NCBI GenBank assembly: GCA_964521295.1
Contig: CAZFRF010000001.1
Coordinates: 334,146-398,145, forward strand
DNA: 64,000 bases
Source of the DNA: an uncultured Gammaproteobacteria bacterium
GTDB taxonomy: Bacteria; Patescibacteriota; Microgenomatia; Levybacterales; UBA12049
Reading direction: 5' to 3'
Part shown: positions 60,132 through 64,000 of the stretch, piece after piece
How positions within the stretch are numbered: position 1 is the first letter of the stretch
How the letters are laid out: the number at the start of each line of letters is the position of its first letter
Position numbers and translations under genes: made by a program
Notes under the pieces: model-generated
Told to the model about the DNA's origin: nothing
Database searches by the model: none
What the model saw: the letters and a program-made list of their open reading frames with translations, nothing else

Positions 60132-61777
60132 TTTTCAACTATAACAATAGCTGGACTTCCATCCAGATTCTTAATCACTTTAGTTGCAAATTTTGGAGCA
60201 ATTTCTCGAGAAGTTGCGACAATCATTGTGTCTCTTAATTTATAATCTTGTTCCCAATCTATGTTTCTAAAAACAAATTTATCAAATTGATGATGATAAT
60301 CAAATTGACCACTACTATTTACACCAATCTTTTGATATTCCGCTGGTGGATACTTCAAGTAAAAGAGGAAGAACATGTAGGATTTATCCATGGGCTCCCT
60401 ATCGGAAATAATAATTTTGTCATATTTGTCATACTTAGCTACCACTTCGGCTACAGCCTCTTTATAACCATATTGCCAATCTTGGCTAGTATAATAATTT
60501 AACTGTACAAAATATTGATTAAGATAATATGTGAAATTGAATATCGCAAGACAAAGGAAAATTGAAATTGCAAAATATTTTATTCGTTTATACTGGAGAA
60601 TAAAATATAAACTACTTACAAGTCCTACGGCTGACAATATTTGCCAAGTTGGTAAAAAGTTTAACGTTCTTACCGCATGCGGTACTCCGGTGGTAATTGA
60701 TGCAGGAACAGGTGCTAGTAAAAACCATCCCAAAATAGTCAATTTTGCTTTTTTGTCTAAATCAGAAAATAGTAATTTATATATACCTATTAAAATAAAT
60801 GGTAGCTCAAAAAGATAAATAATTCCGACATTGGGCGCATGATGTCTTAAAATATCTCCTGAAGTAAAAAGCCAATTCAAATCAAAATGAGAGATATATC
60901 CATATACAATTGTCTTAGCATAAACAACCCTTCTATTATCTAAAACTAAACCTAAATAATCATTGTTTGCCTTATCTCGCTCTAATTTTTGAACATTATT
61001 TTTAAGAATTTCAGTTTGATAATTAAAAATACTTGTTCCTTTGACTCTTAATAACGCTGATTTGTCTGTTAATATATAAAATATCATTGGCGAAATTACA
61101 ACGAAACCAACAACAACTGCTAAGATGAGATATTTCTTTTTTAAAGCAAATAGGGCTTTCCTAAAAACAAAAATTAATAATAACGCAAGCAACGGAGTAA
61201 AAACTTTGTCGCTTTGATATGTGTAGATACTAAATGCGCCCATTGTTGCAGAAAGCCCCAATAACAATGGCTTTTTCAAACCTTTTACAAAAAAGAGGGC
61301 CATTAAAATATTAAATGCATCTCCGACATTTGATTCAAAACCAATTCTTGAAAATTGTAAGGACCACGGTGAGATAGCAAACAGCAAAGATGAAATCAAA
61401 GCAAGTTGATCTTTATATTTATATTTTTCAAACAATTCTCTGATTAGGAAAAACAAGACAATAGTTGCAATTACTCCAAATACAGCCGAAGGGAGCCTAA
61501 CCGCAAAAGTATTCAAACCAAATACAGCAACGCTAGGAATTGCTAAATATGCATACATTGCAGGTTTATAGTCATTAAACGATCTTAGGACTACTGGAAA
61601 CAGCTTTCCATACTCGTCTCTACCTGTATGCAAAAGCGAATAGGCATCATAACCCAATGCTACCTCATCCCAATCAGGTGAAGGTGGGATGTTTCCAAGC
61701 TGCCACAATCTTAAAATAACTGACAGTACAATTATGCCAATAAAAAGTAACCAAGTAATTTTTTTATTTATATTCAT
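60128..61777 (-). CDS. glycosyltransferase family 39/83-like (ArnT/PMT_2) GT-C membrane glycosyltransferase
   Basis: PDWDEVALGYDAYSLL...NDYKPAMYAYL matches the ArnT/PMT DE...KPPLxYW first-loop pattern. Confidence 0.6.
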   Translation of the reverse strand: MNINKKITWLLFIGIIVLSVILRLWQLGNIPPSPDWDEVALGYDAYSLLHTGRDEYGKLFPVVLRSFNDYKPAMYAYLAIPSVAVFGLNTFAVRLPSAVFGVIATIVLFFLIRELFEKYKYKDQLALISSLLFAISPWSLQFSRIGFESNVGDAFNILMALFFVKGLKKPLLLGLSATMGAFSIYTYQSDKVFTPLLALLLIFVFRKALFALKKKYLILAVVVGFVVISPMIFYILTDKSALLRVKGTSIFNYQTEILKNNVQKLERDKANNDYLGLVLDNRRVVYAKTIVYGYISHFDLNWLFTSGDILRHHAPNVGIIYLFELPFILIGIYKLLFSDLDKKAKLTILGWFLLAPVPASITTGVPHAVRTLNFLPTWQILSAVGLVSSLYFILQYKRIKYFAISIFLCLAIFNFTYYLNQYFVQLNYYTSQDWQYGYKEAVAEVVAKYDKYDKIIISDREPMDKSYMFFLFYLKYPPAEYQKIGVNSSGQFDYHHQFDKFVFRNIDWEQDYKLRDTMIVATSREIAPKFATKVIKNLDGSPAIVIVEK

Positions 61778-63413
61778 ATGCTACTAACGCAGTTTTACCA
61801 TTTAATAAATTAAAGGTTTTTTTAATAACAATATTTTCTGGCAAAGTGTAAGGAGTATTTATATATAAAACATTTTTCTTACTAGACAAACTATAATCAA
61901 ATTTGCCAGGAAAAAGATATTTTCCTACTCTTTTTACTGTTACGAAACCAAAAGGATCTCTCTCTATTTCTGAGTTATTTCTAAAATATTCAGGGGACAC
62001 TTTATCATAGAACAAATGATACGCGTAAGGCCTACCTAATGCAGTTGTTATGACGATATTATCATATTTTGCTTCAACTGAACTTGCGTACGCCAGAGAC
62101 TCTTTATATCCATATTGCCATTCCCCTGAATAATCAATTGCATAATGCTTACCTAAAGAATGATAGAAATATATAAAGTTTCCTATTAAAAGAATTAAAA
62201 GTACTGACATAATTAAATTCTGTCGCTTTTTAAATAGATTCAGAAAGTTAACAAAACCATAAGCAACAAGAATTTGAAATGTCGGCAGCGTTGTTTCTAT
62301 CCTTAATGCATGCGGTGTTTCTCTTGCCAATCCTGCAGGTATAATTCCAAACAAAAGCCAGACAGGAATAAGCCACCACCCTCCTTCTCTTTTTTTAAAT
62401 AGTAAAAAAGCACCCCCAACAAAAAAGACTATATCCCAAATATATAACTGTCCTACATCCTGAACAGAAAATTTAGGATTACCATCTCCCCTAATAAACA
62501 AGAAGTTTGGAGATAAATTATCAAAATAACGTTTGAAAAATTCTAAGGTATATAAAACCCTACGATTATGTATTACCTTAGACCAATCTGCATTATTGTC
62601 ATTAGCAACTTGTTGGTTTGCTGAAGTTATTACTGTTGAATCAGAGAAAATATTTACTTCTTTATACCTAAGCCCAGCTTGCGGAGAAAGCAGAAACGGA
62701 AAAAGCGGTAGAAAAACTACCAAACCTAAAACCAGTGCTAAAATCATCTGGGTTTTAACTTTTATTAATCTTTTCCAATAAAATAAACTTAAAATTACTA
62801 CTAAAAACGGTGAAACAATCCTTGCGGTATTAAATACATACATTGAGGCAGCAAAAAAGAAAGCCGAAACCAACAAATACCATTTTTTATTCCCTATTCC
62901 CGCTAGGAAAGCATAAACACCAGTTACTATAAAAAAAGTGGCAATATTTGCTTCAAAAGCAGCTCTTGAGAGCATAATATGCCAAGGGGAAATTGCTAAA
63001 AATAAACTTGTAAACAAAGCATATTTTTCTTTATTTTCTGAATTTGCAAATAATCTTTTAACCAAAAAATATGATATTAATACAGTTAATACTCCGAAAA
63101 ATGCCGAAGGGAATCTGGTAGCAAATTCTGTTAATCCAAAAATCTTTACGGGAATAATTGCTAAATATGCATAAAGTGGTGGTTTAAAATCTCCAAATGA
63201 CTCAAGATAATCAAAAGGTAGTACCCTACCGAACTCATCTTTTGCATCTATACCTAATGCGTATGCATTATATCCCCAGGCTGTTTCGTCCCAAGTAAGA
63301 CTAGGTGGGTTAGTTGAAATCTGATTAAATCTTAAAAATGTAGCAATAAGTAGGATTAAAAGAAGTAAAATAATATTTTTATATTTTCTAATCATTTTTC
63401 TACAAGAAACCAC
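61764..63413 (-). CDS. glycosyltransferase family 39/83-like (ArnT/PMT_2) GT-C membrane glycosyltransferase; tandem paralog of 60128..61777
   Basis: LTWDETAWGYNAYALG...GDFKPPLYAYL. Same length (549 aa) and same motif order as the neighbour. Confidence 0.6.
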   Translation of the reverse strand: MVSCRKMIRKYKNIILLLLILLIATFLRFNQISTNPPSLTWDETAWGYNAYALGIDAKDEFGRVLPFDYLESFGDFKPPLYAYLAIIPVKIFGLTEFATRFPSAFFGVLTVLISYFLVKRLFANSENKEKYALFTSLFLAISPWHIMLSRAAFEANIATFFIVTGVYAFLAGIGNKKWYLLVSAFFFAASMYVFNTARIVSPFLVVILSLFYWKRLIKVKTQMILALVLGLVVFLPLFPFLLSPQAGLRYKEVNIFSDSTVITSANQQVANDNNADWSKVIHNRRVLYTLEFFKRYFDNLSPNFLFIRGDGNPKFSVQDVGQLYIWDIVFFVGGAFLLFKKREGGWWLIPVWLLFGIIPAGLARETPHALRIETTLPTFQILVAYGFVNFLNLFKKRQNLIMSVLLILLIGNFIYFYHSLGKHYAIDYSGEWQYGYKESLAYASSVEAKYDNIVITTALGRPYAYHLFYDKVSPEYFRNNSEIERDPFGFVTVKRVGKYLFPGKFDYSLSSKKNVLYINTPYTLPENIVIKKTFNLLNGKTALVAYEYK

Positions 63414-63976
63414 ATATTTAGATAAGCCTCAAAATAACCCTTTTTCATTTTTGACCTACTAAAACCACTACTTTCAATTATATCTAATATCTTGTTCTGG
63501 GTGTAATGGCTTTTATGATCGTGTATTTCTTCTGAACTAATAAGTCCAAGACGTGCCATGTGATGCAAAAGCTTATCTGACCAAGGAGAAGGAGTTGTTA
63601 TTATCAATCTTCCCTTTGGTTTTAACACTCTATTTATTTCTTTTATAGCTGATATTAGTTTTTCTTTCTCTATGTGTTCAAAAACAGCAAGCATAGTAAC
63701 TACTTCAAAAGAATTATCCTTAAAGGGAAGCTTTTGTTTTGCAATATCTACTTTTTGCAGATTAATGCCTTTTATTTGAGTGTTAACAGCAGGATCTATA
63801 CCAAATTTATTATTAAATTTTGTAGATGTTAAGAAATGAGGATAAAAACCACAACCAATATCCAAAATGCTTCCATCTCTAAATGAATTTGGAATAAATT
63901 CATTTGCCTTTTGAGCTCGTTTTTCTGACAAAAACTTTTCTAATAAACCTGAACCACGGGTGAAATTAGTAGTCAT
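63392..63976 (-). CDS. class I SAM-dependent methyltransferase
   Basis: ILDIGCGFYPHF motif I. Motif II VVTMLAVFEH. Confidence 0.65.
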   Translation of the reverse strand: MTTNFTRGSGLLEKFLSEKRAQKANEFIPNSFRDGSILDIGCGFYPHFLTSTKFNNKFGIDPAVNTQIKGINLQKVDIAKQKLPFKDNSFEVVTMLAVFEHIEKEKLISAIKEINRVLKPKGRLIITTPSPWSDKLLHHMARLGLISSEEIHDHKSHYTQNKILDIIESSGFSRSKMKKGYFEAYLNMWFLVEK

Positions 63977-64000
63977 AAAATTAATTTGTGAATCTATATT

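Noticed and set aside
1702-63174. About 30 short (60-117 aa) plus-strand ORFs in the track (e.g. 1702..2055, 11319..11522, 13345..13536, 23347..23589, 30983..31336, 37075..37344, 43845..44111, 60531..60818, 62533..62781)
   Set aside because: All lie entirely inside well-supported minus-strand genes. Their products are low complexity (poly-I/L/F/K), as expected from the antisense strand of AT-rich coding sequence. No motifs or start signals.
1-64000. CRISPR arrays, tRNA/rRNA genes, transposases or integrases
   Set aside because: The intergenic gaps are mostly under 60 nt. The longer ones (1097-1466, 17756-17876) contain no tRNA-like GC-rich stems and no regularly spaced direct repeats. No ORF showed transposase/integrase motifs (DDE, R-H-R-Y).
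1-64000. Alternative genetic code (UGA recoding), as seen in some low-GC CPR lineages
   Set aside because: The long ORFs are uninterrupted and end cleanly at TAA/TAG/TGA with tight gene packing. There is no pattern of conserved domains being split by in-frame TGA.

Overview
A low-GC (about 30%), tightly packed bacterial window in which 60 of 62 predicted genes lie on the minus strand. The short proteins (RecO of 182 aa), a DUF4012 protein and very many PMT/ArnT-like membrane glycosyltransferases make a CPR/Patescibacteria-like organism the best guess; this is inference only. Positions 1-6240 hold the start of a division/cell-wall (dcw) cluster read on the minus strand: mraZ, rsmH, an FtsL-like gene, a class-B PBP (FtsI), and two Mur-family ligases that lack the usual N-terminal domain. 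Upstream of mraZ there are GTGGG-type direct repeats at 10-bp spacing that look like a MraZ operator. Positions 6264-8188 carry a three-gene cassette of unknown proteins with its own promoter-like element; one of them has a weak DarT/ART-like motif pattern. glyQS and recO follow. From about 10.2 kb to the window end (more than 50 kb) there is one giant co-directional cell-envelope glycan locus. It encodes an initiating sugar-phosphate transferase, a mannose-1-phosphate guanylyltransferase, GalE, an RfbF/RmlC/RmlD-like CDP-6-deoxyhexose branch, a cytidylyltransferase, five SAM methyltransferases and two hexapeptide acetyltransferases. It also encodes about 6 GT4 and 6 GT2 enzymes (two of them DPM1/GtrB-type polyprenyl-P-sugar synthases), a Wzx-like flippase, a Wzy/O-antigen-ligase-like domain, and at least 12 polytopic GT-C-fold (PMT/ArnT/YfhO-like) membrane glycosyltransferases. 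Several GT-C genes are tandem paralogs, and three are unusual domain fusions or split genes. The only plus-strand genes are a small DUF1801 + VOC pair at 16.9-17.8 kb. No rRNA, tRNA, CRISPR array or obvious mobile element was seen. Four gene starts share an extended -10 element (TGnTATAAT-like) sitting 6-7 nt before the ATG, which suggests leaderless transcription.
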